DNA of 64,000 nucleotides from Fimbriimonadales bacterium (lineage in GTDB: Bacteria; Armatimonadota; Fimbriimonadia; Fimbriimonadales; ATM1): the NCBI GenBank assembly GCA_041744215.1, contig JBGTLG010000015.1, forward strand, positions 96,001-160,000, given 5' to 3'. Shown in pieces: positions 17,222-27,436 of the stretch. Made by a program: the position numbers and the translations under genes. A model generated the notes under the pieces. That model made no database searches and was not told the DNA's origin. It was given only the letters and a program-made list of their open reading frames with translations. The first letter of the stretch is position 1; the number at the start of each line of letters is the position of its first letter.

Positions 17222-20035
17222 ATGAGCGAACCAATCCGAATCGAGATCGACCCCGAAGCGAAGCGCCGAATGATCAAGTATGGGATCATTGTTGGGATCC
17301 TCCTCTTGTTGCTTACCTTCGGGTCAGCGTTTGTGCGGACGTATGCGGACTATCTTTGGTACCTTTATGACGCAGAGGCCGCCGTCATATTCACAACTCA
17401 GCTAAAGACTAGGCTGTTGCTGCTCGCGGCAGGGTTCGTGATCGCAACTCCCGTCCTGATCTTGAATGCCCGGGCTGCATTAAAGGCAGCGGAGGTTGCG
17501 GGTCGGGAGCCCCGCAGCGCGATGGACGAAGCTCTCGAACAACTGCTCGGTGCGCTTGATCGCGCTCGCTCGGGTTTGATGCGGTCAGTGAAGTTCGTCG
17601 CTCCGGTTTTTGCTTTGCTTTTCGGAATCTCACTCTCGTCACGTTGGGAGGACTGGCTTCGCTACCAAAACGCGGTCGGATTTGGAAAGGCTGACCCGAT
17701 CTTTGGAAATGACTACAGTTTTTACGTCTTTAAGCTTCCCTTCCTGCAGGGGGTTCAAGGTTGGTTATGGACCTTGTGGCTCTTGTGCGCGATCATCGCA
17801 GTCGCAGTTTTCTTTGGCGTAGGGAGCATGGCATCCACAGGGCGACAGGCCATCGGCGCTAAGACGATGCGCACGCAGCTTGCATTACTTGCCGCGACCG
17901 GGTTTGCGATTCTTGGCTGGGGCATTTGGCTTGGCCGCTACGATGCGCTTACAGTGGTCCACAGCAGGTTCACCGGCCCTGGTCACGCAGAGTTGATCGG
18001 AATCACTGCGCAAGGGATACTCGCCTATGTCCTGTGGTTTTGTGCAGTCGCGAGCGCGACGAGCATACGGATTAGCAGTCCTATCGTGATCGCCGGCGGG
18101 GGCGCCGCCCTATCGGCTTTGACGTACATTATTGGTGTTGCGATCGTCCCTGGCATTACTCAGACTTACCGGGTTAATCCCAACGAACTCAGGCTGCAAA
18201 CTCCATACATTGCTCGGGGAATCGAATCCACAAGATGGGCTTACGCGCTCGACAAGATTGAAGAGAGGCCATTTTTGGCACAAGCTCGTCCCGATGCGAC
18301 AGAGGTTGCCAACGCAGAGAGCACGTTTGCAAATCTGAGGTTGTGGGATCCGTTTTTGTTGCAGAAAAACGTCAACGTGCTTCAGACTCTCCGCGATTAC
18401 TTCACGTTTCCTGACATCGACGTAGACCGCTACACAATCGACGGAAAGCAGCGGCTGGTTATGCTCGGGGCAAGAGAGATTGACGTCGAGGGACTCGACG
18501 CTTCCCGCCGCGGCTGGCAAAACCTGCATATGCAGTACACACATGGGACGGGCGTGGTGGCTGTCGCAGTGAATGAAGCAACGACAGAAGGAATGCCCGT
18601 CTACCTTCTGAAGGACGTTCCGCCAGTTGGACGGCCCGAGTTGCGTGTCGACGAGCCGCGAATCTATTTCGGAGACGCTTTCAAAGCTGACGGCGATTAC
18701 GTTTTTGTTAGCACCAAGCTCGCGGAGTTCGACTACATGGGCGGCGCGGAAGTCGAGCATCGCTGGACCGGATCGCGGGGAGTTCCCGTCAGCGGAACGT
18801 TCGCAAAGCTGATCTTTGCGTGGACGCTGGGCGACCGCGACCTTCTGTTCACGCAAGATCTTCTGCCGGAATCCCGGCTGTTGTGGAGGAGAAACATTCG
18901 TGTTCGTGCGGCGAAGCTGCTGCCATTTTTGAGGTGGGATCGCGATCCCTATATCACCATCATCGACGGGCGGCTTGTTTGGATCATCGACGGGTACACA
19001 ATCACCGACAAGATCCCTTATAGTCAGCCGACAGCGATGGAGCGGGGGATGTTCAACTACATGCGGAATAGCGTGAAACTAACCATCGACGCTTACACCG
19101 GTGATTGGCACGCATACATCACCGCACCGGAAGATCCCATCGTCCAGACGTACGATCGGATTTATCCCGGCATCATGAAGCCGGTCAGTGAGGCGCCACA
19201 AGGGGTTCGTGAACACTTTCGGTACCCGGAAGATCTCTTTTCAGTTCAGTCTGTACAGCTGTCGCGATATCACGTAACAGATGTCACGATGTTCTATCGT
19301 GGTGAAGACGCTTGGGAACTGCCGCGAGCGCCAGGTCAGGACCGACGCCTCCCTCCGTACTATGTCCAGCTCAAACTGCCAGAAGTCGACGATGACAGAT
19401 TCTTGCTGATCCTTCCATTCACTCCGATCGGTCGTCCGAACATGATTGGTTGGCTGGCGGCGCATTGCGATCCAGATCGGTACGGCGAAATGACTCTTTA
19501 TCGATTCCAAGGGACGCAGAACGTCAACGGCCCAGAACAGCAGGAGGCGCAGTTCCAGACTGAGCCGGACCTAAGCGCCAGGCTGACATTGTTGGGACAG
19601 TTTGGAAGCCGAGTGCTTCCTGGAAACCTCATCGTTATTCCGGTTGGCAACAGCGTCGTGTATTCCAAAACGATGTTCCTGGAGCCAGCCGGAGCAGATC
19701 AGTCGAGCATAACGCAGTTGAGAATCGTTGTGATGGCTGTCAGCGACAAAGTGGTTTTCGCAGAGACCTACGAAGCTGCGCTGAACAAGCTGCTCGCTGT
19801 GCTTGGTGCGGACATCAGACCCGCCGAACCGACTGAACCTTCTGAGCCAGGAGCTGCGGAGCCAAGCCCACCTTCTCAGCCCTCAGACACGGCGGCGATC
19901 GAAAAGCTTCGTCAAGCGTTGCGGGCGCTCGACGAAGCAGAAAGCGCGTTGAAGGCCGGTGATTGGGCCGGATATGGTGAAGCGCAAAAGCGCGCGCGAG
20001 CCCTTCTCGAGGAAGCGTTAGGTGCATCACGCTAA
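17222..20035 (+). CDS. UPF0182 family membrane protein
   Basis: DPIFGNDYSFYVFKLPF, PNE...PYI, NLRLWD, DVDRY, YTHG, EPRIYFG, NYMRNSVK..DAY.G, HFRYPEDLF, AGDWAGYG. Confidence 0.9.
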   Translation: MSEPIRIEIDPEAKRRMIKYGIIVGILLLLLTFGSAFVRTYADYLWYLYDAEAAVIFTTQLKTRLLLLAAGFVIATPVLILNARAALKAAEVAGREPRSAMDEALEQLLGALDRARSGLMRSVKFVAPVFALLFGISLSSRWEDWLRYQNAVGFGKADPIFGNDYSFYVFKLPFLQGVQGWLWTLWLLCAIIAVAVFFGVGSMASTGRQAIGAKTMRTQLALLAATGFAILGWGIWLGRYDALTVVHSRFTGPGHAELIGITAQGILAYVLWFCAVASATSIRISSPIVIAGGGAALSALTYIIGVAIVPGITQTYRVNPNELRLQTPYIARGIESTRWAYALDKIEERPFLAQARPDATEVANAESTFANLRLWDPFLLQKNVNVLQTLRDYFTFPDIDVDRYTIDGKQRLVMLGAREIDVEGLDASRRGWQNLHMQYTHGTGVVAVAVNEATTEGMPVYLLKDVPPVGRPELRVDEPRIYFGDAFKADGDYVFVSTKLAEFDYMGGAEVEHRWTGSRGVPVSGTFAKLIFAWTLGDRDLLFTQDLLPESRLLWRRNIRVRAAKLLPFLRWDRDPYITIIDGRLVWIIDGYTITDKIPYSQPTAMERGMFNYMRNSVKLTIDAYTGDWHAYITAPEDPIVQTYDRIYPGIMKPVSEAPQGVREHFRYPEDLFSVQSVQLSRYHVTDVTMFYRGEDAWELPRAPGQDRRLPPYYVQLKLPEVDDDRFLLILPFTPIGRPNMIGWLAAHCDPDRYGEMTLYRFQGTQNVNGPEQQEAQFQTEPDLSARLTLLGQFGSRVLPGNLIVIPVGNSVVYSKTMFLEPAGADQSSITQLRIVVMAVSDKVVFAETYEAALNKLLAVLGADIRPAEPTEPSEPGAAEPSPPSQPSDTAAIEKLRQALRALDEAESALKAGDWAGYGEAQKRARALLEEALGASR

Positions 20036-20583
20036 TGGAGAAAGTCGTTCGAGCGACGGAACTTGACGTTTCGGCGGCTGGGCTTGTGCTCCCCGATGGT
20101 TTTAGAATCGATTCGGTCGAGCTCGCTTTTCCCGCTCCAACTGTCCCCTGCTCGCCGTGGCGCGCGAAGGAAGGCACCAAGGTTGACGTCATCATCCGGG
20201 TTACTTCCGCCGATGTTGCCGAGTACCTAAATCGAAAACAACCGTCTGGGCTCAGCAATTTTCGCGTCTCAACAAAAGACGGAAAGCTGCAAGTTGTTGC
20301 GACGACCAAGATTGCCATTCTTCCTGTCGAAGTCGGAGCGGAGGGGCTTTTAGAGTTTGCAGAAGGGAGACTGAACTTTGTTCCCCTTCGGGCTGAAGTT
20401 GGCGGGGTCGGAGCACCGGAAGGCATGATCCGCGAACAGTTCTCAAAGATCAATCCGCTGATCGACCTGACGGGGTGGCCCGTGGAGACAGTGGTTCGGT
20501 CGATTGAGATTCTCGACAATGTCCTCCGCTTGGAGGGTACGCTTACGCTGACCGCCGACATACCTCGACGCGGCGAGGCGTAA
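20035..20583 (+). CDS. Hypothetical protein (DUF2993/LmeA-like elongated beta fold)
   Basis: Coupled to the UPF0182 gene (TAATG). Beta-rich pattern with INPLIDL..WP. Family assignment is tentative. Confidence 0.55.
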   Translation: MEKVVRATELDVSAAGLVLPDGFRIDSVELAFPAPTVPCSPWRAKEGTKVDVIIRVTSADVAEYLNRKQPSGLSNFRVSTKDGKLQVVATTKIAILPVEVGAEGLLEFAEGRLNFVPLRAEVGGVGAPEGMIREQFSKINPLIDLTGWPVETVVRSIEILDNVLRLEGTLTLTADIPRRGEA

Positions 20584-20594
20584 TCGACAAGAAA

Positions 20595-20999
20595 ATGGAC
20601 CCAAGAGCCTTTCGCGACAGCGAAACCTGGAAAATGTCAATGGACTTAGCGGAGCGAGTCTATCGTGAAGCAGAGGCGTTGCCCGAGCATGAGCAGCTCG
20701 GCCTGATTATGGAAATGCGTCAGAGTGCGATCAGGATCCCTTCGGCGATTGCTGAAGGGCACGGTCGCGGAACGGAAGACGACAGACACCGCTTTTGCGA
20801 GGTTGGCCTAGGAGCCCTTGCTCGCCTAGAATCTGAGGTTCTTCTGCAGGAGCGCATTTACGACGCGATGCAGGTTGGCGACATTCACTTTATGATCGAC
20901 CAGCTTCGGATAGCGCTGTTACGAGAACTTGACGCGTACGAATCGGACGACACGTCCGAATTCGACATTGACGACGACTTCGGTTTCGAACAGAACTGA
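20595..20999 (+). CDS. Four-helix-bundle protein (23S rRNA IVP-like) with acidic tail
   Basis: FRD..TW..SMDLA..VY....LP..EQLGL...MRQSA..IPS.IAEG.GR pattern. Confidence 0.8.
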   Translation: MDPRAFRDSETWKMSMDLAERVYREAEALPEHEQLGLIMEMRQSAIRIPSAIAEGHGRGTEDDRHRFCEVGLGALARLESEVLLQERIYDAMQVGDIHFMIDQLRIALLRELDAYESDDTSEFDIDDDFGFEQN

Positions 21000-21008
21000 C
21001 AGATTCAC

Positions 21009-21839
21009 ATGATTAAGACAAAGATACGCATCGGGCACTCGCCCGATTCGGACGACGCTTTCATGTTTTGGGGCCTGGCGAAGGGAGCGGTTGAATCGCA
21101 GTATGAGTTTGAGCATATCCTAAGGGACATCCAAACTCTGAACGAGTGGGCGATGGAGGGCAGACTCGAAACGACGGCGGTATCCGTTCACGCATACGCC
21201 TATGTCGCTGACACTTACGCACTGCTTCGACATGGCGGCTCTTTTGGCGAAGGATATGGCCCGATGATCGTCGCGCGCGAGCAGATGTCGCGAGAGCAAC
21301 TTCAGGACACCGTCATTGCAATTCCAGGCAAGCTGACAAGCGCCTTCCTTCAGCTGAACCTTTACCTCCCCAACCCGAAGTACGAAGTAGTTCCCTTCGA
21401 TAAGATTATGCCAGCGGTCCAGGAGGGAAGATACGATGCCGGACTAATCATCCACGAAGGGCAGCTAACTTGGGAGGCCGAAGGTCTCAAGCTTGTTGCA
21501 GACTTTGGTCAATGGTGGCGGGATGAGACTGGGCTACCGCTACCCCTAGGAGTCAATGTAGTTCGACGGGACTTAGGCACTGAGGCAATCTCGGAGTTAA
21601 ATCGCGTGATGAAGCAGAGTATTCAAGCGGGTTTAGCTAATCGAAAGGAAGCGTTAGCGTACGCGCTCCAGTTTGCGCGCGGGATGGACGTCCAAACCAG
21701 CGACACCTTTGTTGGCATGTATGTCAACGAACGAACACTTGACATGGGCGACGAAGGGATAGCAGCGATACAACTGCTCCTTAAGCGAGGCGCAGACGCG
21801 GGCATTGTCCCTCCGGTTGACGTCGTTGTGATGGATTAG
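21009..21839 (+). CDS. mqnD: 1,4-dihydroxy-6-naphthoate synthase (futalosine menaquinone pathway)
   Basis: IGHSPDSDDAFMF, DIQTLN, SFGEGYGP, IPGKLTSA, GLIIHEGQLT, LPLPLG, MYVNE. Confidence 0.85.
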   Translation: MIKTKIRIGHSPDSDDAFMFWGLAKGAVESQYEFEHILRDIQTLNEWAMEGRLETTAVSVHAYAYVADTYALLRHGGSFGEGYGPMIVAREQMSREQLQDTVIAIPGKLTSAFLQLNLYLPNPKYEVVPFDKIMPAVQEGRYDAGLIIHEGQLTWEAEGLKLVADFGQWWRDETGLPLPLGVNVVRRDLGTEAISELNRVMKQSIQAGLANRKEALAYALQFARGMDVQTSDTFVGMYVNERTLDMGDEGIAAIQLLLKRGADAGIVPPVDVVVMD

Positions 21840-22600
21840 TATCTGCGTTTCGGCGCGGTCATAACCATCCACCAGAATTTTGGCAGCAGAATGTTCTTTC
21901 GCCACTTGGAGGGACGGAGTACCCACCTCCACAGCCATTCAAGACGCATTCTCTGAAACAGCTTCGGAGCACGCTTGACTGTGCCACTGAGTACGTCAAA
22001 AGAACCGCCAACTCCCATAGCGACCTTCGAACCTAGTTCGAAGAGGTGTTCTGCAATAAACTTTTCTTGCTTCGGAATACCCATTGCTACAAAGACGACA
22101 TCTGGTGAAGCCGTGCGCACTTCAGCTACGACTGAGATTTCGTCCGACGTTGGGAAGTATCCGTCGTGCACTCCCACTATGTTGACGCCGGGATACTTCA
22201 GCCGCATCTGGTCCGCGGCTTTTGCCGCAACTCCCGGTGCTGCCCCAAGGAAGAATATTCTCCATCCACTAACCGACGAGCGCTCACAGATTCGCTCAAC
22301 CAGGTCCACCCCGCTGACACGGTCTCGGACGGGCGAACCAAGGCGTCTCGACGCCCAGACAACTCCTGCACTGTCGGGTGTGACAAGGTCTGCGTTCAAC
22401 AGGATGTCACGCCAAACCACATCGGACTGAGCTGCGACCAAGCCGCTTGAATCGGCGGTGACAACGATTCTTGGCACACCCTCGTCAATAAACCTTGAGA
22501 TTCTGGCAATCGCTTCCTCCATCGATACAGGATCAACGCCTATCCCAAGAATGTCCACCCGTTGCGGATACTGCACTCCTTGGTCCGTCGTTGTTTCCAT
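21836..22600 (-). CDS. WecB/TagA/CpsF family glycosyltransferase
   Basis: ADLVTPDSAGVVWA, RVSGVDL, FFLGA.PGVA, HDGYF, VAMGIPKQE, GVGGSFDV, RAP, LEWLWR. Confidence 0.9.
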   Translation of the reverse strand: METTTDQGVQYPQRVDILGIGVDPVSMEEAIARISRFIDEGVPRIVVTADSSGLVAAQSDVVWRDILLNADLVTPDSAGVVWASRRLGSPVRDRVSGVDLVERICERSSVSGWRIFFLGAAPGVAAKAADQMRLKYPGVNIVGVHDGYFPTSDEISVVAEVRTASPDVVFVAMGIPKQEKFIAEHLFELGSKVAMGVGGSFDVLSGTVKRAPKLFQRMRLEWLWRWVLRPSKWRKNILLPKFWWMVMTAPKRRY

Positions 22601-22606
22601 GGCGTA

Positions 22607-25090
22607 TCAGCTCCGTCTTCGTGAGCTTTCGGAGTTAGCACGACGTTTCCTTGCCGAGCTGGGCTTCGAAACCGTCTTTCCGTTCCCCGTCGCGTGGGTT
22701 TTAGCCACAAGTGCAAGCTTAAGCACACTCTCTGCTGACGCAACATAGTGAATCCGTATCTTCTTTCGAACCGCAATAGGGACGTCATCATTGACGTCTT
22801 TTTGGTTCTGCTCACACAGGATCAACGCGGTGATTCCCGCGCGATACGCCGCCAAGACTTTCTCCTTAACACCTCCGACAGGTAAGACTTGACCGGTCAG
22901 CGTAAGTTCGCCGGTCATCGCGAGCCTCTGCTTCACAGGACGATCTGTAAACAGGCTCGCGAGCGCGCTCAAGATCGTGATGCCAGCACTCGGCCCGTCT
23001 TTCGGAACTGCACCTGCGGGAACGTGCAAGTGAATGTCCGTCTGACGAAACTCGCCCGGGTCGATTCCGTAGTCAAACGCATGAGTACGCAGGTAGCTTA
23101 ACGCTGCGCGCGCTGACTCCCTCATGACGTCTCCCAGTTGGCCTGTGAGAATCAGCTCACCTTTCCCTGACATCTTTGCCGCTTCAACGAAAAGGACATC
23201 ACCACCAGCTGCAGTCCAAGCTAATCCAACGGCCATCCCGGGCTTTAGCACCCGCTCTGCAATTTCATCCCGGAGATAGCGAGGGCTGCCTAATGACTGC
23301 TCAATGAACGCTTGGTCTACTGTGATCGGTTCTTGCTTGCCATCGGCAAACAGGCGCGTAGCCTTCCGGCAAACGGATGCTATCTCACGCTCCAGGTTTC
23401 TTACGCCCGCCTCGCGTGTGTATGACCGAATCAGGAAACGAATCGCCTCCTTGGTCCACTTGAGAAGCTTCGATTCCAAACCATGCTCTTCAATCTGCTT
23501 TGGGATGAGGTGCCTTCGGGCGATCTCAACTTTCTCCTCCTCGGTGTAGCCTCCGAGTTCGATCACTTCCATCCTATCGCGCAACGGGGCAGGGATTGTG
23601 TGGAGGATGTTTGCCGTTGTGATGAAGAAAACGCGGCGCAGATCGAACGGCGCATCGATGTAATGGTCTCGAAAGCTGTTGTTCTGCTCTGGATCCAGAA
23701 CCTCCAATAGCGCTGAGGACGGATCGCCACGAAAGTCGGTCCCAAGTTTATCGACTTCATCCAGCATGAACACAGGATTGTTGCTTCCTGCCCTGCGAAT
23801 GCCTTGCAGTATCTGGCCCGGCATCGCGCCAACATAGGTTCTCCGGTGACCGCGAATCTCCGCTTCGTCACGCATCCCACCGAGTGCGATTCGAATGAAA
23901 CTGCGTCCCATTGCATGGGCGATCGACTTTCCCAATGAGGTCTTTCCAACTCCGGGCGGTCCGACGAAGCAAAGGATCGGCTGCCTGACCACCCCGCTCT
24001 TCTTGAACTTTCGAACGGCAAGGAATTCGATGATCCGCTCCTTAATTTTGTCAAGCCCGGAGTGATCCGCATCAAGCACCTTCTTGACTTGATCTAACTC
24101 TAAGTTGTCCTCCGTCGATGTGCTCCAGGGGAGCGATATCATCCAGTCGATGTAAGTGCGTGCTACGGTGTACTCTGGTGCACCAGGCGACATTCGCCTG
24201 AGCCTGTCAAACTCGCGATTGACCTCTTTCAGCGCTTCTTCTGAAAATCCCGCTGAGTCAATTCTAAGCCGAACCTCGTCGAGTTCAGCCTCCCTATCAT
24301 CAGTTTCACCGAGTTCTCTCTGAATGGCTTTCAGTTGTTCGCGAAGATAATAGTCACGTTGTGATTTACTTAACTCGGTGTTGACTTCACTTTGGACTTT
24401 CGAAGTTAACTCTAAAACTCGGACCTCTTTTGAAAGAAGCTCAACCACAAGCCGCATTCGTTCTCTGATGTCCACTGTCTCGAGAATCTGCTCTTTGTCT
24501 TCGATCGCGAATGGCATATGCGCCGCGATTAAATCGGCCATTACGTTGGGTTCTTGGACCGCCTGCGTAAGCGTACGGAGTTCATCTGGCAAGTGTGGAG
24601 CCAGTGAGACTGCGCGATCGAAGAGCGCTGCCACTGTGCGCCTGAGCGCCTCTATCTCGTCTTCATCCTCGCGCAAGATCTCCGGCTCTTGAATCACCTC
24701 GATCTTCGCTCGCAAGAATGGCTCTTCCTGAATTGCGTTGATTATTCGAAATCTGACGATGCCTTGGACAATCAGCCTGATTGCATCTGGAAGCTTCACC
24801 AGTGTCCGGATGATAACGGCGCATCCATGACCATAAACATCGTCAAATGTCGGCGTTTCAGTGTTTGGATCCCGCTGGGCCACCACACCAATTATTCTTC
24901 GGTTCCCACCTACGCTTTCGTCAATGAGCTGAACGCTTGTGGGCCGTGCAACCGACAGCGGGGCGATCAGCATCGGGTAGATGACTGAGTCGCGCAGTGG
25001 GAGAATGTTAAGCTCGTCTGGAATCTCCGGCCGAAGATCGTCTTCCTCTTCGGTATCTTCGTCCCGGATCTTTAAATCAATTTCTGACAT
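22607..25090 (-). CDS. lon: ATP-dependent protease Lon (LonA)
   Basis: LPLRD N-domain, GPPGVGKTS, RGHRRTYVGAMPG, LDEVDK, YTREAGVRNLER, PKDGPSAG, VGGVKEK. Confidence 0.97.
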   Translation of the reverse strand: MSEIDLKIRDEDTEEEDDLRPEIPDELNILPLRDSVIYPMLIAPLSVARPTSVQLIDESVGGNRRIIGVVAQRDPNTETPTFDDVYGHGCAVIIRTLVKLPDAIRLIVQGIVRFRIINAIQEEPFLRAKIEVIQEPEILREDEDEIEALRRTVAALFDRAVSLAPHLPDELRTLTQAVQEPNVMADLIAAHMPFAIEDKEQILETVDIRERMRLVVELLSKEVRVLELTSKVQSEVNTELSKSQRDYYLREQLKAIQRELGETDDREAELDEVRLRIDSAGFSEEALKEVNREFDRLRRMSPGAPEYTVARTYIDWMISLPWSTSTEDNLELDQVKKVLDADHSGLDKIKERIIEFLAVRKFKKSGVVRQPILCFVGPPGVGKTSLGKSIAHAMGRSFIRIALGGMRDEAEIRGHRRTYVGAMPGQILQGIRRAGSNNPVFMLDEVDKLGTDFRGDPSSALLEVLDPEQNNSFRDHYIDAPFDLRRVFFITTANILHTIPAPLRDRMEVIELGGYTEEEKVEIARRHLIPKQIEEHGLESKLLKWTKEAIRFLIRSYTREAGVRNLEREIASVCRKATRLFADGKQEPITVDQAFIEQSLGSPRYLRDEIAERVLKPGMAVGLAWTAAGGDVLFVEAAKMSGKGELILTGQLGDVMRESARAALSYLRTHAFDYGIDPGEFRQTDIHLHVPAGAVPKDGPSAGITILSALASLFTDRPVKQRLAMTGELTLTGQVLPVGGVKEKVLAAYRAGITALILCEQNQKDVNDDVPIAVRKKIRIHYVASAESVLKLALVAKTHATGNGKTVSKPSSARKRRANSESSRRRS

Positions 25091-25546
25091 TTACTCTTGC
25101 TCAATTGGAACCTTTCGACGGCTGGGCGTCTCTTCCCTCTTTGGGACGCTTATGAAGAGCATCCCGTTCGCATACCTCGCTTTGATACCGTTGCGATCCA
25201 CGGCTACATCTGGGAGATTTACGATTCGCTCAAACTCTCCATAAAGCACCTCAAGTTGGTAACATCGCAGCGAGCATGCCTGCGCATCGGGCTCACGTTT
25301 ACCCCGCAAAACGATGGCGTGGCGTTCCGGGGAGAACTGGACTGAAATCGCGTCCGGATCGACGCCAGCAAGTTCCACTGCAATCTCGAGTGTGGAGTCG
25401 GACTCTGCTAGGTCGACTTTTGGCCGCCACGACCGTTGAGGAACGGCACCCGTCGTTCCGAGCACCTGCATCATTTGGTCGCTGAGTCTTTGGAGCTCGG
25501 TGCCGATCTGCCAAAACCAGACTTCGTCCTGTTCTTTTCGCTTCAC
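25091..25546 (-). CDS. Small heat-shock protein Hsp20
   Basis: WRPKVD, VELAGV, YQLEVLYGEFER..LP, A.YANGML.I.VPK. Abuts lon. Confidence 0.9.
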   Translation of the reverse strand: MKRKEQDEVWFWQIGTELQRLSDQMMQVLGTTGAVPQRSWRPKVDLAESDSTLEIAVELAGVDPDAISVQFSPERHAIVLRGKREPDAQACSLRCYQLEVLYGEFERIVNLPDVAVDRNGIKARYANGMLFISVPKREETPSRRKVPIEQE

Positions 25547-25553
25547 GACAATT

Positions 25554-25584
25554 GGATTATATCCCGGCTCTCCCGGTATAATCC
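25554..25584. promoter_or_regulatory. Back-to-back divergent -10 boxes for hsp20-lon and secG
   Basis: GGATTATA-N15-TATAATCC places a perfect TATAAT on each strand in the 53-bp intergenic gap. Confidence 0.65.
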
Positions 25585-25599
25585 GCCCGGAGACATTCG

Positions 25600-25851
25600 T
25601 TGGGCACCCTCTTAAACATCTTAAACGTCCTTTTGCTGATCCTTTGCGTTGTCTTTGTGGCCATCACGGTAGTCTTTGGAAGCAAGTCGGACGCTATGTC
25701 GGGTGGCAGCAGCACAATCCGAACGACCTTTAAGGGGAAAGCCGGGTTTGATGACCATATGTCGAGGCTAACATTGATCCTCGGAGTGTCGTTTATGGCG
25801 CTGGCCCTCCTGATCGACATCCTCCATGCCCGCTCCGGCGTAGGTGGATGA
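25600..25851 (+). CDS. secG: Preprotein translocase subunit SecG
   Basis: 83 aa, two TM helices separated by a Gly/Ser loop (SKSDAMSGGSS...KAGFDDHMSRLT). TTG start with GGAG. Confidence 0.8.
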   Translation: MGTLLNILNVLLLILCVVFVAITVVFGSKSDAMSGGSSTIRTTFKGKAGFDDHMSRLTLILGVSFMALALLIDILHARSGVGG

Positions 25852-26714
25852 GCCGCAAGGCCCTCCGCTGGCTAATCTTTTTTGGTCTCCTCGGGGTCGT
25901 CGTCAGCGTGGCCGTAATGAACGCGGTCTCCAACGCCAAGTTCGTGTCCCGCCTCCATCGGGCAGATCCTAGTGCTTTTGCCGAGTTCTCCGAGCGGCCA
26001 GACTTATACAACCTCTTCATCTCAATGGCGCCGCCTGCCCGCCTAAAACTCGTTGAAGCGCTCGGCAGTTGGAACTCTCCCTCTGCACCGGCCACACTCG
26101 TATTGCTTGCTCGCGACCCAGATCTGCGTGTGCGAGCGGCGCTGGTCGACGCCATGGCCCGGCAGGCAACAGCGGAGTCTCCCGGGATCGTAGCCACTTT
26201 GGCAACTAGCGACCCCGCCGGTAAAGCTATAGTCGTCGAGGCCGTATCCAGGTCGGGTGAGGCAGGGAGGAGGGTAGCCGAGGCAGCCTTTTCCGACGCT
26301 GGCGCCCGTGAGACCGCATCGAACGTCTTGATTCGATTTGGGGGGGAGGCTCAAGCTTTTCTCGCTGCGCGATTGGGCGATCCCGAGGTGGGAGTCGCCC
26401 TGGACGCTGCGGATGTTCTGGTACGCATCGGCAGGAAAACGACAGATGCCGGCGTGCCGGGGGCCCTCTGGGCGCTTTACGATCGGCTTACAACACAGCA
26501 GGAGCGCGACCGCTTGCTCCCGATTCTTGCCGAGTTTGGGGTTGGTCAAGCACAAGATCTGTTTGTTTCGACGCTTCGAGATGAAACGGCACCAACGAAG
26601 TTGAGAGCGGCCTCGGCGCTGGGGCTCCGCCAGATCGGTGCTATGCAATACCTTGGGGAGTTCCAAAACGACCCTGATCCTGAAGTTCGGGAGGCCGCAA
26701 TGGGAGAACGGTGA
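25848..26714 (+). CDS. Membrane-anchored HEAT-repeat protein
   Basis: N-terminal TM. HEAT-type ends DPDLRVRAA, DPEVGVALDAA, DPDPEVREAA. Confidence 0.75.
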   Translation: MSRKALRWLIFFGLLGVVVSVAVMNAVSNAKFVSRLHRADPSAFAEFSERPDLYNLFISMAPPARLKLVEALGSWNSPSAPATLVLLARDPDLRVRAALVDAMARQATAESPGIVATLATSDPAGKAIVVEAVSRSGEAGRRVAEAAFSDAGARETASNVLIRFGGEAQAFLAARLGDPEVGVALDAADVLVRIGRKTTDAGVPGALWALYDRLTTQQERDRLLPILAEFGVGQAQDLFVSTLRDETAPTKLRAASALGLRQIGAMQYLGEFQNDPDPEVREAAMGER

Positions 26715-26752
26715 TCCAAAGCCGCCTCCACAATCGTCGTAACAAGTCAACA

Positions 26753-27436
26753 ATGTCTGTCTCTCGCCAGTCCTTTTTGGAAGACCTGCGAAGTCTCGAA
26801 CAAGATTTGATCGAGATGGCGAGTCTGGTTGAGCGACAGCTGACAGCGGCCGTGGACAGTTTGGTCACGCTTGATCCAGAACTCGCGACATCTGTCATCG
26901 AGGGTGACGACGAAATTGATCGTCGCGACATCGAGATTGAGCAGCACTGCCTGAGAATCCTCGCTCTCCAACAGCCGATGGCAAAGGACTTGAGAACTGT
27001 CGGGACTGTGATGAAACTCATTACCGACGTTGAGCGGATCGGCGATCTCGCTGTTGATATTGCGAAAATCACGCTGAAGGTCAACGCACTGATGGGCGAT
27101 GCGAAGTCAATCGACTTGCTAAGAATGGCAGTACCTGTAAGAAGGATGCTGAGAGAGAGCATTGAGGCGTTCGTCAAGCGCGATTTAGATAGTGTTACCC
27201 AGGTTGTTCTGCAAGACGACGAAGTGGACTCATTGTTTCGAGAACTTCGGGAGCAACTTCACTCCATCATGCAGACACAACCTGACCGGGTTGTGGAAGC
27301 GAGTTGGTTACTGTTAGCCATCATTCATTTGGAGAGAATCGCCGACCATGCGACAAACATCGCAGAACGGGTCTTCTTCATGGAGACCGGCAGAATGGAA
27401 AACCTCGCCGCCAAGTTGCGCGGACCGCAACCGTGA
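26753..27436 (+). CDS. phoU: Phosphate signalling protein PhoU
   Basis: GDDEID, LALQQPMAKDLR, DVERIGDLA, DDEVD, HLERIADHATNIAE. Confidence 0.95.
   Translation: MSVSRQSFLEDLRSLEQDLIEMASLVERQLTAAVDSLVTLDPELATSVIEGDDEIDRRDIEIEQHCLRILALQQPMAKDLRTVGTVMKLITDVERIGDLAVDIAKITLKVNALMGDAKSIDLLRMAVPVRRMLRESIEAFVKRDLDSVTQVVLQDDEVDSLFRELREQLHSIMQTQPDRVVEASWLLLAIIHLERIADHATNIAERVFFMETGRMENLAAKLRGPQP

Noticed and set aside
20595-20999. Four-helix-bundle protein as the Avd of a diversity-generating retroelement or an rRNA intervening sequence
   Set aside because: No reverse transcriptase, template/variable repeat pair or rRNA in the window. Solo members of this family are common.
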